Below, one piece after another: positions 17,241-26,110 of a stretch of 64,000 nt of DNA (position 1 is its first letter; every line of letters starts with the position of its first letter). The stretch covers positions 44,519 through 108,518 of the forward strand of contig JAHDVX010000012.1 in NCBI GenBank assembly GCA_023382455.1. The letters run 5' to 3'. A model generated the notes under the pieces. It made no database searches. It saw nothing but the letters and a program-made list of their open reading frames with translations, and was not told the origin of the DNA. This stretch comes from Flavobacteriales bacterium. GTDB taxonomy: Bacteria; Bacteroidota; Bacteroidia; Flavobacteriales_F; PHOS-HE28. Made by a program: the position numbers and the translations under genes.

Positions 17241-19592
17241 CTACCGCACCACCATGATGCGCAGCACGCCGCCCGTGGCCGGGGCGCGCAACAGATAGCT
17301 GCCCGCGTCACGCATGCCGAGGTCCAGCGTGGTGTTGCCGTTCACCCGGCCGGTCCAAAGCATCCGGCCCGTGGCGTCGTGCAGCTCCAGGTCCGTGGGC
17401 GTGCTGCAGCGCACCGTGAGCACGCCGTTCGTCGGATTGGGGAAGGCCTCGAAAGCGGCGGGTGTGGCCGCCTCCTGCACGGAGGAAACCAGGTCGTTGT
17501 TGGCGTTAAAGGTGGGCGCCTGCTCCACGAAGGGGCCACTCCCGTTCGGCACGCGCGCGTAGCCCATGTCGGCATTGAGCGCACCGAACTGCACATGGTC
17601 CACCACAGCGCTGTCCGCGTTGACGAGCCACAGCTCCTCGCCGGCCGCGCTGAGCTTGAAGTTGGTGTGGTCCACGCCCTGCGATTGGTCCTCGTCCGCC
17701 CAGAAAATGAGGTAGCCGCCGGCCGGGATGGTGGTACCCTGGGGGATCGGCCACTTGAACAGGTTGGTGCCGTCGTCCGTGAGGAAACCGCCGCCCAGGT
17801 CCATGTCCGCCGCACCGCCGTTGTATAGTTCCAGCCAGTCATCGTACTCGCCGAAATTGTCGGCCACGGTGTTCGTGTTGCTGGCCATCAGCTCGTTGAT
17901 CACCACGGAGGTCGATGCGGTCTCCGCCTGCACGGTGTAGGCGTACACGTCGTGTTCGGCTCCCGGGGGCGCGTAGACCACGGATCGCGCCGCATTGTCG
18001 GCCACGGCCTCCACGTAGTAGCGCACCACCGTGTTGGGCCCGTAGGCGGGCAGCGTGGCGCCAAAGACGCCATCGTCGGCGGCGCCATCGCCGTGCAGGC
18101 CGTCGTCGGCCATGTCCGTCCGGGTGAAGGTGCCGTCGTAGCCCGTGCCGTGGTAAAGGCGCACGGCGAAGATCCCGTTGCTGCTGTTGACCGTGGCGCG
18201 CACTGCGGGCGTCTGCGTGGGCAGCGGCGCCTGCCATGCGGTGCCATCCACCATGTGCTCCACGGCCGTGATCTGGGGTGCCATCTGCGCCACCTCGGCA
18301 TTGCTCAACAGGTAGTTCCTTCGGTTGGAGATGAAGTTCTTCAGAACGTTCACCTCGGAGTTGAAGCTGCTGTAGCTGTACAGCTTCTTGGGGTCGGCCT
18401 GCACCTCGGCATCGATCAGGGCCACGTATCCGTCCACCAAGGCATTGAAGTTCAGGCTCTGCATCTTCTCGCTGATGATGGTGCGCAGGTGTGCCAGGTA
18501 GCGCTGCCGCCAGGCCGGTACCGCCAACAGGCGGTTGAGCAGCGGGTAGTTCGCGTCGTTCTGGTGGTAGAAGGGGCTCCAGTTCACCGCGTTGGATTTC
18601 ATCACGCTGTTGCCGTCGAACTCGTGCGGCACCATGCGGCCCGTCAGCGGCTCCCAGTACAGGTAGTAGTCCATCTTGCCCTTGTGCACGTAGCTGTCGT
18701 CGTCGCTGAAGGCGATCTCCGTGGCCAGGAACCACAGCGTGCGGTCGATGTCCAGGTATTTCGGCAGGCTGTCGGCCAGCTGTGCCTGGGGCAGCCCCTC
18801 CAGCTTTTGGCAGGTGCGCACCAGCGCCTCCCATGGATTGCTGTCCAGGTCCGTTCCTTTGAGGGTGTAGTAGGTCTGGTAGTCGGTGGTGTCCGGCCCC
18901 AGGTCGTTCAGGGCCGCGGTGCCGTCACCCCATTGCCCGCCGGGGCCGGGGCCGCCGCCCGTCTGGCCGTCCGGCCGGTCGGCGCGCCAGCGGTGCCCGT
19001 CATTGCTCAGGAACCATTCCGAGATGAAATCCTTGTTCAGCTGCTGCACATTGGGGTAGAGTCCCCAGCTGGCGCCGTTGATGTTCAGGTGCACGAAGTT
19101 GGCCTTGGCCGCCGGCACATGGTCGCGGATCAGCTCCAGGTACACCACCTCGCGCAGGAAGGACGGGTCCTGGAAGGCGTTGTTCAGGTTCAGGGTCTCG
19201 TAGCCCATCAGCTCCTGGTCCGGGTCCGTGTGGTCCAGCGTGATGTTGAAGGAGGTCTTCTGCGCGCCGTTGGGCAGCATGAAATAGCTGGTCTGCCCCT
19301 TGAAGCGCACGCCCACGCTGTCGTATACCGTGCCGTCCACGGTCAATGTGGCCGGGATGTCCGTCTGGTTCTGGTAGTTCTGCTGCAGCAGCTGCCAATA
19401 GTTGGCCTGGCCGAACTGCAGGTCCAGTGTGCGGATGGTCGGCTTCTCATAGAGCCCCGTGCTGGGCTGGCCCCCCAGCAGAAGCAGGTGCCCATCGGCG
19501 CTGTAGTACTGTTCCGGCGGCATGCTTTGGGCAAAAGCGCCGGTAAGCGGCAAGGAGGCCAGCAACAGGGTGAGGGTGCGATACTGGGGCAT
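17241..19592 (-). CDS. CotH kinase family protein with lamin-tail domain and T9SS CTD
   Basis: VGVRFKGQTS, LNLNNAFQDPSFLRE, WGLYPNVQQ, HEFDGN (CotH); VVINELMASN...DWLELYN (LTD); FPNPT...DATGR...GSYLL CTD. Confidence 0.88.
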   Translation of the reverse strand: MPQYRTLTLLLASLPLTGAFAQSMPPEQYYSADGHLLLLGGQPSTGLYEKPTIRTLDLQFGQANYWQLLQQNYQNQTDIPATLTVDGTVYDSVGVRFKGQTSYFMLPNGAQKTSFNITLDHTDPDQELMGYETLNLNNAFQDPSFLREVVYLELIRDHVPAAKANFVHLNINGASWGLYPNVQQLNKDFISEWFLSNDGHRWRADRPDGQTGGGPGPGGQWGDGTAALNDLGPDTTDYQTYYTLKGTDLDSNPWEALVRTCQKLEGLPQAQLADSLPKYLDIDRTLWFLATEIAFSDDDSYVHKGKMDYYLYWEPLTGRMVPHEFDGNSVMKSNAVNWSPFYHQNDANYPLLNRLLAVPAWRQRYLAHLRTIISEKMQSLNFNALVDGYVALIDAEVQADPKKLYSYSSFNSEVNVLKNFISNRRNYLLSNAEVAQMAPQITAVEHMVDGTAWQAPLPTQTPAVRATVNSSNGIFAVRLYHGTGYDGTFTRTDMADDGLHGDGAADDGVFGATLPAYGPNTVVRYYVEAVADNAARSVVYAPPGAEHDVYAYTVQAETASTSVVINELMASNTNTVADNFGEYDDWLELYNGGAADMDLGGGFLTDDGTNLFKWPIPQGTTIPAGGYLIFWADEDQSQGVDHTNFKLSAAGEELWLVNADSAVVDHVQFGALNADMGYARVPNGSGPFVEQAPTFNANNDLVSSVQEAATPAAFEAFPNPTNGVLTVRCSTPTDLELHDATGRMLWTGRVNGNTTLDLGMRDAGSYLLRAPATGGVLRIMVVR

Positions 19593-19721
19593 GGTCGGTG
19601 AATTGGAGCCCCGTTGCGGGGATATGCGCTACAGGATCGGACGCCAACTTGCGGCGATGGTTTGATCCGTGCCATGAACCACAACGTTCCCCGTGATCAA
19701 TAATGGGACCAGGGTCCCACT

Positions 19722-20093
19722 CTGGCGCGAGCGTCCTCCGCTCGTGCCTCTCGCCGGCTTGCCTCTACGTCTCATCGCATTCAAACCCCAGTTGCGAATT
19801 GGCACTGCTCCACATATAGGCCGTTTCATCGGTGACCAAGCCTGCGCGTAATGGATGCTCGCGAAGGTAGCGCCTCCGCTGCTCAAGCAGCTCCGTAGAA
19901 TGGCACGAGCGCCCTTTGCCCAATTGCTTCTACGCCTCATCGTATTCAAACCCCGGATGCGGAATGGCACTGCTCCACATATAGGCCGTTTCATCGGTGA
20001 CCAAGCCTGCGCGTAATGGATTCTCGCGAGGGTAGCGTCTCCGCTGCTCAAGCAGCTCCGTTGAATGGCACGTGCGGAAGACGCTCGCGCCAG
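19722..20093. repeat. Non-coding element: 27-bp terminal inverted repeats enclosing two 144-bp direct repeats
   Basis: IRs at 19722-19748 and 20067-20093 (25/27 match). Direct repeats at 19764-19907 and 19929-20072 (~10 substitutions). Confidence 0.85.
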
Positions 20094-20344
20094 TTTTGGG
20101 GCGGACCCATGACCGATGTTATTGAACCACCGGATCCGGAAGTGAGCCCAAGGCTCGCCGACGCCCCCCGGCTATGCATCCGCGCCCTCGTTGCCTTGCG
20201 GTTCCGGCAAGTTCACCACCTTGCATTCGGGGTACATGCCGCCCGGTGCCCCATGAAGCATGGCTCGGTTGTCGTGCACGGCGCCGTGGATCCGGTACAC
20301 CGCGATGCGGCATGCGGGCATTGGCCGTACGCTCCTTGCCGCGA

Positions 20345-21331
20345 CTACGGCGTGAACGTGAAGCTGTAAGAGACCAACGTGCCGGAGATGCTCAGTGTAT
20401 AGAATCCCGGCTGCATGCTCACGGGGTTCACCACGAGGAAGGCTTCGTTCGGATAGCCGCCCACGCCCAAGGTGCCCGTGGCCGGGGAAGGCCCGCTGAG
20501 GGCCCATGGCTGGGTGCTGTGCAGATACCGACCGAAGACCCGGAAGTTGAGCACCTGCCCTCCGCTGTTCATTGCACTGATGCTGAAGGTGTTCCCACCG
20601 CCGAGGAGCTCCATGCCCTGCACCCGCATGTCCGGCGTGGGTGCGAACGCGATCGTGAGCGTGTCCGAGCGCCCGTCGGCATTGGTGGCGCTCAACAAGG
20701 CGCTCTCCACGGTGGCTTCATCCGTACCGCTGGCGAAAATGAGCGGGATACGGAAGCCGATGGTGCAATAGAAGCCCGAGTCCAATGCGAACGGACCGGG
20801 TATGACCTGGCCGTTCAAGCTCATGCTCATGCCGGTCAGCGTGGCACCAGTCAGATTGAACAGCACACTGTCGCCGGCCCGCGCGGGCTGACCGGAGAAT
20901 ATCTGGTCCAGGTTGTCCTCGAGGTGCATCAGGTTGAAGGGCCGTTTCCAGTACATGTACGGCACGGTGTCCGCAGATGTCCCGCTGTTGACGAACACGG
21001 CACTGTAACCACCGGTGAACGGCGCCCACCCGGCGGGAGGCTGCACCACGAGTTGCGTCGTGCTCACGCTCAGCACGTTGAAGGCTTGGTTATTTGAGGT
21101 GACCGTGTTCTGGACGAGGTCGGTGTTGAAAGGGCCTCCGGTGAAGGTGATCACCTCATCGGGATAGGGCTTGAGTGGGCTCCAGCTTGTGATCAGTCCG
21201 TTGCTGCCGGGACCTGGGCCGGTGCCGCCCCCACCCGGGGATGGCCCGTTGTCCGTATCCTTCTTGCACGCTTGATGAAGCAGGACGAGCGCGATGAGCG
21301 CCAACCGGGAGGTCCGTGTGATGAGGTTCAT
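20345..21331 (-). CDS. Lipoprotein with IPT/TIG-like beta-sandwich domains
   Basis: MNLITRTSRLALIALVLLHQAC lipobox followed by KKDTDN export-signal-like residues, a Gly/Pro linker, and ITSWSP...VITFTG...TTQLVVQPP. Confidence 0.75.
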   Translation of the reverse strand: MNLITRTSRLALIALVLLHQACKKDTDNGPSPGGGGTGPGPGSNGLITSWSPLKPYPDEVITFTGGPFNTDLVQNTVTSNNQAFNVLSVSTTQLVVQPPAGWAPFTGGYSAVFVNSGTSADTVPYMYWKRPFNLMHLEDNLDQIFSGQPARAGDSVLFNLTGATLTGMSMSLNGQVIPGPFALDSGFYCTIGFRIPLIFASGTDEATVESALLSATNADGRSDTLTIAFAPTPDMRVQGMELLGGGNTFSISAMNSGGQVLNFRVFGRYLHSTQPWALSGPSPATGTLGVGGYPNEAFLVVNPVSMQPGFYTLSISGTLVSYSFTFTP

Positions 21332-21505
21332 GGTTCGATCGCCCGTGGTGTGGGCCGTTGTGTGATCGGATGTGGACGGCCGTAGCCCCAGGTGCGCACA
21401 TGCCCGCAACAAGGCGCTGTTGATGGCCGATGATCCGATCCGCGTCCGCATACGAGGGTACTGCCACGGGCAAAACAAGAATGACGGGGCGATACCATGC
21501 CGAAC

Positions 21506-21540
21506 CACCGAGTGAGTGGTCGGTTCACTGAGTGAGCGGT
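21506..21540. promoter_or_regulatory. Direct-repeat operator (20-bp period), LytTR-like
   Basis: caccgagtgagtggt (21506-21520) and cactgagtgagcggt (21526-21540) lie upstream of the lipoprotein gene. Confidence 0.45.
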
Positions 21541-21625
21541 ATCTGTTCGGGGCGTGCCGGTGCGGCACGAAGGTTCACGGGGGGGTGGCTCGAAGAACCT
21601 CGCTCCGGTCTCTTGCACCATAGCT

Positions 21626-21661
21626 CCTTGCTCTGCCGAAGCGGCTACGCAAAGGCGAAGT
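21626..21661. repeat. REP-like hairpin element, related copy at 60367-60400
   Basis: ccttgctctgccgaagcggctacgcaaaggcgaagt aligns with ccttgcttcgccgaaggcttcgcgaaggcgcagt. Confidence 0.6.
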
Positions 21662-21902
21662 AAGCGACGGCGCGCGGCGTTCTTGGCAAAAGCGCAAAGC
21701 GGGTCGTTGCTGCCCGAAAAGGCCCTTGCATGGTTCCTCCCCGGTCGGGTACTTCGCTCTAGGTTCCTCTCTTCGGTGCGTCTCGTCCGGACGAAGGATA
21801 GCGGCGCGCGCCATCCATTCGGGGTACCCGGTTGCGCATGGAGCATCCCCAACTGGGCGCTCGCACGGCCCGCGTGCAGGGAAGGGCTGGAGCGGCCCGA
21901 GT

Positions 21903-22637
21903 TCACTTCCGGAACCGCACCGTCACCTTGTTGCCTTTTTCCTCGCGGACCACGTCCAGCTTGTCCTTCAGCGCATTCACCAGGGCTGAGAGCGAGCCGT
22001 GGCCGTAGCTGCGCGGGTCGAAGCCCGGGTTCAGGCGGCGCAGGGCCTGGCCGAGGTTGCTCAGCGAGGCGGTCTCGTCCTCGTCCTTGGCCATGTTGAA
22101 GGCCTTGCGCAGGGTGCGCATCAGGGCCGTGTTGGCCGATAGCGGCTTATCTGCCTGCTTTTTTAGGGGTTTGGCCTCGGCCCGGTGCTCATCGTGATCT
22201 TCCAGGTTCTCCACGTAGATGAAGCGTTCGCAGGCCTGCACAAAGGCATCGGGGGTCTTTTGTTCGCCCACGCCCATCACGTAGAGGCCGGCCTCGCGCA
22301 GGCGGGTGGCCAATCGGGTGTAATCGCTGTCGCTGCTTACGATGCAGAAGGCGTCCACGAGCTCGCCGTGGAGGATGTCCATGGCATCGATGATCAGTGC
22401 GCTGTCGGTGCTGTTCTTGCCCTTGGTGTAGGCGAATTGTTGCACGGGCTGGATGGCGTTGGCGTTCAGCAGCTCCTTCCAGCCCTTCATGCCGGTGTTG
22501 GTCCAGTCGCCGTAGATGCGGCGGATGGTGATGGTGCCCTCCTTGGAGACCTCCTCCAGGATGGGCCCGAGGCGGCGCGGGGCCGCGTTATCGCCGTCAA
22601 TCAGGAGGGCGATGGTGGTGTCGTTGATCTTTTTCAC
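21903..22637 (-). CDS. NYN domain (LabA/DUF88) ribonuclease with C-terminal OST-HTH/LOTUS domain
   Basis: ALLIDGDN, RRIYGDW, GKNSTDSALIIDAMD, SSDSDYT, FDPRSYG; GTG start inferred. Confidence 0.93.
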   Translation of the reverse strand: MKKINDTTIALLIDGDNAAPRRLGPILEEVSKEGTITIRRIYGDWTNTGMKGWKELLNANAIQPVQQFAYTKGKNSTDSALIIDAMDILHGELVDAFCIVSSDSDYTRLATRLREAGLYVMGVGEQKTPDAFVQACERFIYVENLEDHDEHRAEAKPLKKQADKPLSANTALMRTLRKAFNMAKDEDETASLSNLGQALRRLNPGFDPRSYGHGSLSALVNALKDKLDVVREEKGNKVTVRFRK

Positions 22638-22663
22638 GCCGTGAAGGTAGCGGCAAGGGCCGC

Positions 22664-25018
22664 TCACGGCGTGGCGGAGAGGCGGACCGTGAGCGGCCCG
22701 CCGGGCAGCATGAGGGTCACTTGGTACAGGCCGGGGGTGACCTTGTGGCTGAACAGGAGCTGTTCGGCCCGGCCGTTCGCCGAATGAAGCGTGGCGCGGT
22801 GAACGGTTCGCCCGAGGGCATCGGTCACCACCAGGGGCCAGTTCCCGTCCGGCAGGCCCGTGGCCCGAAGTTGGGCCTTTCCGCCTGCTGCCGGGTTCGG
22901 TGCCAACGCGAGCGATGCGGTGGCCAAGGGTGTTTCAGCCCAACCGATGGTGCCGTCGAACCGGATCCGGCAAGCGGGCCCGAAAGCGGCCGGCGTACCG
23001 TTCAGCCAAGCGGCGGCCCGCACGTTCAGGGGCAGGAGGGTGGGGGTGCCCGGTGGCATCAGGCCCAGTGGGAATGCGTCGGTGGGCGAGAAGACGGGGC
23101 CGGAGTAGGTTCCGTGGGGATCGAAGAACCAGAGGGTGTAGCCTGTGGCGCCCGGTACCGGGTTGATGTGGAGCGTATCACCGGCATCGAACAATTCCTG
23201 CGTGCAATCCCCAGGGGTGAGAGCGGCTTGGCCCAGGGGGAGGCAGGAACCGTCGGCCCCCTGCAAGGCACTTTCTGCGCCGAAGTCCCCGGATGCCAGG
23301 AGCAATGGCAGGCTGTCGCCCGTGAGCACATAGCCGCCGCCGTCGATGCCGTTGCCGTCCGCATCGGTGACCACCAGGCGGTAGCAGCCGTCGGGCACCT
23401 GCCAGGTATCGGCGATCTCCAGGGAGGCATCCGTGGCGCGGGCCGCCCCGGTGAACAAGGCCCGGTCATCGGCCAGGTCCCTCAGTGCCCAGCCGGTGGC
23501 CGAGGGCTGGTCGTCCAGCTGGATGGACAGTTGGAGCTCGTGCAGCGGCAGGTCGCTGTATTTGGCCAGGTAGGCATCCATTTCGCCATGGTTCACCAGC
23601 AGCAGGGTATCGGGCCCGGGGTCGAGGTCCACATTCTCGGTGAACCACCCGGTGAGGTAGGCGCTGCCCACGGCATCGGTGGTGACGTTGAGCCCGCGGG
23701 TATGGTAGCTGGCGCCCACGGTGAAGCCCCAGATGTGATCACCTTGGGGGCTGTACTTGGCCAGGAAGCCGTCGAATACCCCGTTGGCGGTGGCCAAGGC
23801 GGTGCCGGGCCCGGGGTCGAAATCGATGGTGCCCTTGGTGCGCCCGGCCACCAGGATGTTGCCTTGGTGGTCGGTGGCGGTTCCCCGGGGCATGTTTTCC
23901 TGCGGTCCGCCGATGCCCTTCACCCACAGGAGCGAGCCGGTTGGGCCGTATTTGGCCAGGAAGATGTCGGCATCGCCGGTGGGCCCGGTGCAGACCAGGC
24001 TGTCCAGGTCGGTTCCGGTGCCGAAGTAGGCCACCCGGGTGAACCGGCCCACCACCACCGTGTTGCCCAGGCTGTCCAAGGCGACGCCGCGGCCGCTGTC
24101 CGTGCCGTCGCTGCCCATTCCATCACCCCAAAGGAAATCGCCGGCCGGGCCATAGCAGACCACAAAGGCATCGGACCACTGGCCCGCTGCCGTGGCCAGG
24201 TATTGGCCGGGGCCGGGGTCCAGGTCCATGGTGCCCCCGAAATAGCCGGTGACGATGGCGGTGCCGTCCGGCCGCACGGCGGCATCGTATGCGCGGTCGT
24301 CCCCCGCACCGCCGATGGCATGGGCCCAAAGCAAGGCACCGTCCGAGCCCTGGTATTTGGCCACGAAGGCATCGAAGGAGCCGATGCTGTCCACCGGATG
24401 TACGGCCGGCCCGGGGTCGGCATCGAACGAACCATGGATCTCCCCGGCAATGCAGGGGTTGCCGTCCAGGCCCACGGCCACGCTCCGGGTTTCCTCGTTC
24501 CCTGGCCCGCCGATCACGTCCGCCCAGAGCAGGTTGCCGTCGCGGTCCAAGGCGCACAGGTAAACATCATAGTAGCCGCTACTGGTTCGCTGGTCGGTAC
24601 CGGGGCCGGGGTCCAGGTCCACGGTGCCGGTGAAGATGCCGGTGGTGAACACCGTGCCGTCCGGGCCGACCGCCACGCCGTAGCCTTGACTGGCCATGTT
24701 GCCCGCGAAGGACACGGCATGGAGCAAGCGGCCGTCGTTGGTGTAGCGTGCCACGAATGCATCGCTGTATCCCTGGCTGGTGAGTTCGAAGGTGCCGGGC
24801 CCGGGATCGAAGTCCACGGTCAGTTCAAATTCACCGGTGATCACCACGTGTCCCTCATCAGTCACGGCGATACCGCGGGTCTCCTCGTAGCCGGTGGAGC
24901 CGATGTTGAAGGCCCAGGCCGGAATTTGGGCGGACAGGGTGGGGCAGAGCAGGAGGATCGGCAGCACGCCGGTCAGGGGTCGTGCGGCAATGGTCAGGAA
25001 GGGAATTCCCATGGGCAA
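22664..25018 (-). CDS. Secreted SBBP-type beta-propeller repeat protein with T9SS CTD
   Basis: Repeated TGxFxxTVDxDPGPG...DxFxAKY units; C-terminal LAPNPA...TDALGR...PGLYQV. Confidence 0.85.
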   Translation of the reverse strand: MPMGIPFLTIAARPLTGVLPILLLCPTLSAQIPAWAFNIGSTGYEETRGIAVTDEGHVVITGEFELTVDFDPGPGTFELTSQGYSDAFVARYTNDGRLLHAVSFAGNMASQGYGVAVGPDGTVFTTGIFTGTVDLDPGPGTDQRTSSGYYDVYLCALDRDGNLLWADVIGGPGNEETRSVAVGLDGNPCIAGEIHGSFDADPGPAVHPVDSIGSFDAFVAKYQGSDGALLWAHAIGGAGDDRAYDAAVRPDGTAIVTGYFGGTMDLDPGPGQYLATAAGQWSDAFVVCYGPAGDFLWGDGMGSDGTDSGRGVALDSLGNTVVVGRFTRVAYFGTGTDLDSLVCTGPTGDADIFLAKYGPTGSLLWVKGIGGPQENMPRGTATDHQGNILVAGRTKGTIDFDPGPGTALATANGVFDGFLAKYSPQGDHIWGFTVGASYHTRGLNVTTDAVGSAYLTGWFTENVDLDPGPDTLLLVNHGEMDAYLAKYSDLPLHELQLSIQLDDQPSATGWALRDLADDRALFTGAARATDASLEIADTWQVPDGCYRLVVTDADGNGIDGGGYVLTGDSLPLLLASGDFGAESALQGADGSCLPLGQAALTPGDCTQELFDAGDTLHINPVPGATGYTLWFFDPHGTYSGPVFSPTDAFPLGLMPPGTPTLLPLNVRAAAWLNGTPAAFGPACRIRFDGTIGWAETPLATASLALAPNPAAGGKAQLRATGLPDGNWPLVVTDALGRTVHRATLHSANGRAEQLLFSHKVTPGLYQVTLMLPGGPLTVRLSATP

Positions 25019-25102
25019 TGCCGCGGCGATGAACAGGCCAGACGGTCCGCAATATTAGCCGTGGTGCTCCTGGGGTAGCCGTGCAGGCCCCTCCCGGATG
25101 CG

Positions 25103-25129
25103 GGAAGGCCCGGCATGGCCGGGCCTTCC
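25103..25129 (-). terminator. GC-rich hairpin downstream of the YceI gene
   Basis: Perfect 12-bp stem ggaaggcccggc-atg-gccgggccttcc; no clear U tract. Confidence 0.5.
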
Positions 25130-25150
25130 TTCAACCACAGGGCCGTTCGC

Positions 25151-25708
25151 TCAGCCCTGCTTCACCAATTGCACTTCGCAGGCGATACGCACCTCGTCGC
25201 TCACCAGCAGGCCGCCCGCTTCCAGGGCCGCGTTCCAGTTGATGCCCCAGTCCTTCCGGTTCACCTTGCCGTGCACGCTGATGCCGGCCTTGGTGTTGCC
25301 GTAGGGATCCTTCATCACGCCGCCCCATTCCACGCTGAGCTCCACCGGCCGGGTCACCCCGTTCATGGTCAGGTCGCCGTAGAGCGTCCAGCTTCCGTCG
25401 TGGTCCACGGGCTTGGCACCGGTCTTCACGAACCGGATGTGCGGGTGCTTTTCACCGCTGAAGAAATCCTGGCTTTTCAGGTGGGCGTCCCGTTGGGCGT
25501 TGTTGGTGGAGATGCTGTCCACCTCGGCGCGGAAGTCCACCTTGGCGGTGCTCAGGTCATCGCCGACCACTTCAATGTCGGCATCGTACTTCTGGAAGCT
25601 TCCGGTGACGGTGGAGATCATCATGTGCTTCACCTTGAACTGGACCTCGCTGTGCATGGGGTCGATGGTCCATTTGACGGGGGCGGTGGTCGTGGTTTCC
25701 ATGGTCAT
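25151..25708 (-). CDS. YceI family protein
   Basis: WTIDPMHSEVQFKVKHMM, RDAHLKSQDFF, GDLTMNGVT, NRKDWG. Confidence 0.95.
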   Translation of the reverse strand: MTMETTTTAPVKWTIDPMHSEVQFKVKHMMISTVTGSFQKYDADIEVVGDDLSTAKVDFRAEVDSISTNNAQRDAHLKSQDFFSGEKHPHIRFVKTGAKPVDHDGSWTLYGDLTMNGVTRPVELSVEWGGVMKDPYGNTKAGISVHGKVNRKDWGINWNAALEAGGLLVSDEVRIACEVQLVKQG

Positions 25709-25760
25709 ATCGTTTTGGGCTGATGTGGCGTAGGTGCCACGTGGTTATCGATTGCGGGTG

Positions 25761-25768
25761 CAAATATA
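25761..25768 (-). promoter_or_regulatory. -7 promoter element (TATATTTG) for the YceI gene
   Basis: caaatata on the + strand, inside an AT-rich patch. Confidence 0.55.
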
Positions 25769-26019
25769 ATTTACATGGAAAATAGCACCACATAAAATAA
25801 TTAACATACTTGTATTCCTTTCGCTTTGGAGAGCCGATGGGTGGATGGTATGCACGGGCCGCTGCCTGCCGCTATACGACCGGAAAATCCCCTTGACCGA
25901 CCAATCCTTGTGGCGTGGACAAGGATCGGTGCAGGCCTGCGTTGTCAGACCGGCCGGGCGGCCAAGGGCCATTGGGTGCATGAACACGGGCCCATGCCTG
26001 GAAACCGGAAGAACTTCTC

Positions 26020-26027
26020 TATGTTTG
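26020..26027 (+). promoter_or_regulatory. -7 promoter element (TATGTTTG) for the exbB operon
   Basis: TAnnTTTG match about 85 bp upstream of ATG 26111. Confidence 0.55.
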
Positions 26028-26110
26028 CGCCCCTCCGGTGCTGATGTATGCGGTACCGGTGAACAACGAACAAGCCATAGACCTGTCCTGAAACACGAAA
26101 CCATCCATCC

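Noticed and set aside
19629..20051. 140-aa ORF with an internal 55-aa repeat
   Set aside because: TTG start, atypical codons and mostly non-synonymous differences between copies; a by-product of the DNA duplication.
19764..20072. Tandem known riboswitch or mini-CRISPR
   Set aside because: I recognise no known aptamer consensus (glycine, TPP, cobalamin, SAM), and 144-bp units with a 21-bp gap do not fit CRISPR geometry.
22721..25078. 785-aa + strand ORF and similar long antisense ORFs (17952-19601, 42242-44038, 58270-59925)
   Set aside because: Each mirrors a well-supported gene on the opposite strand.
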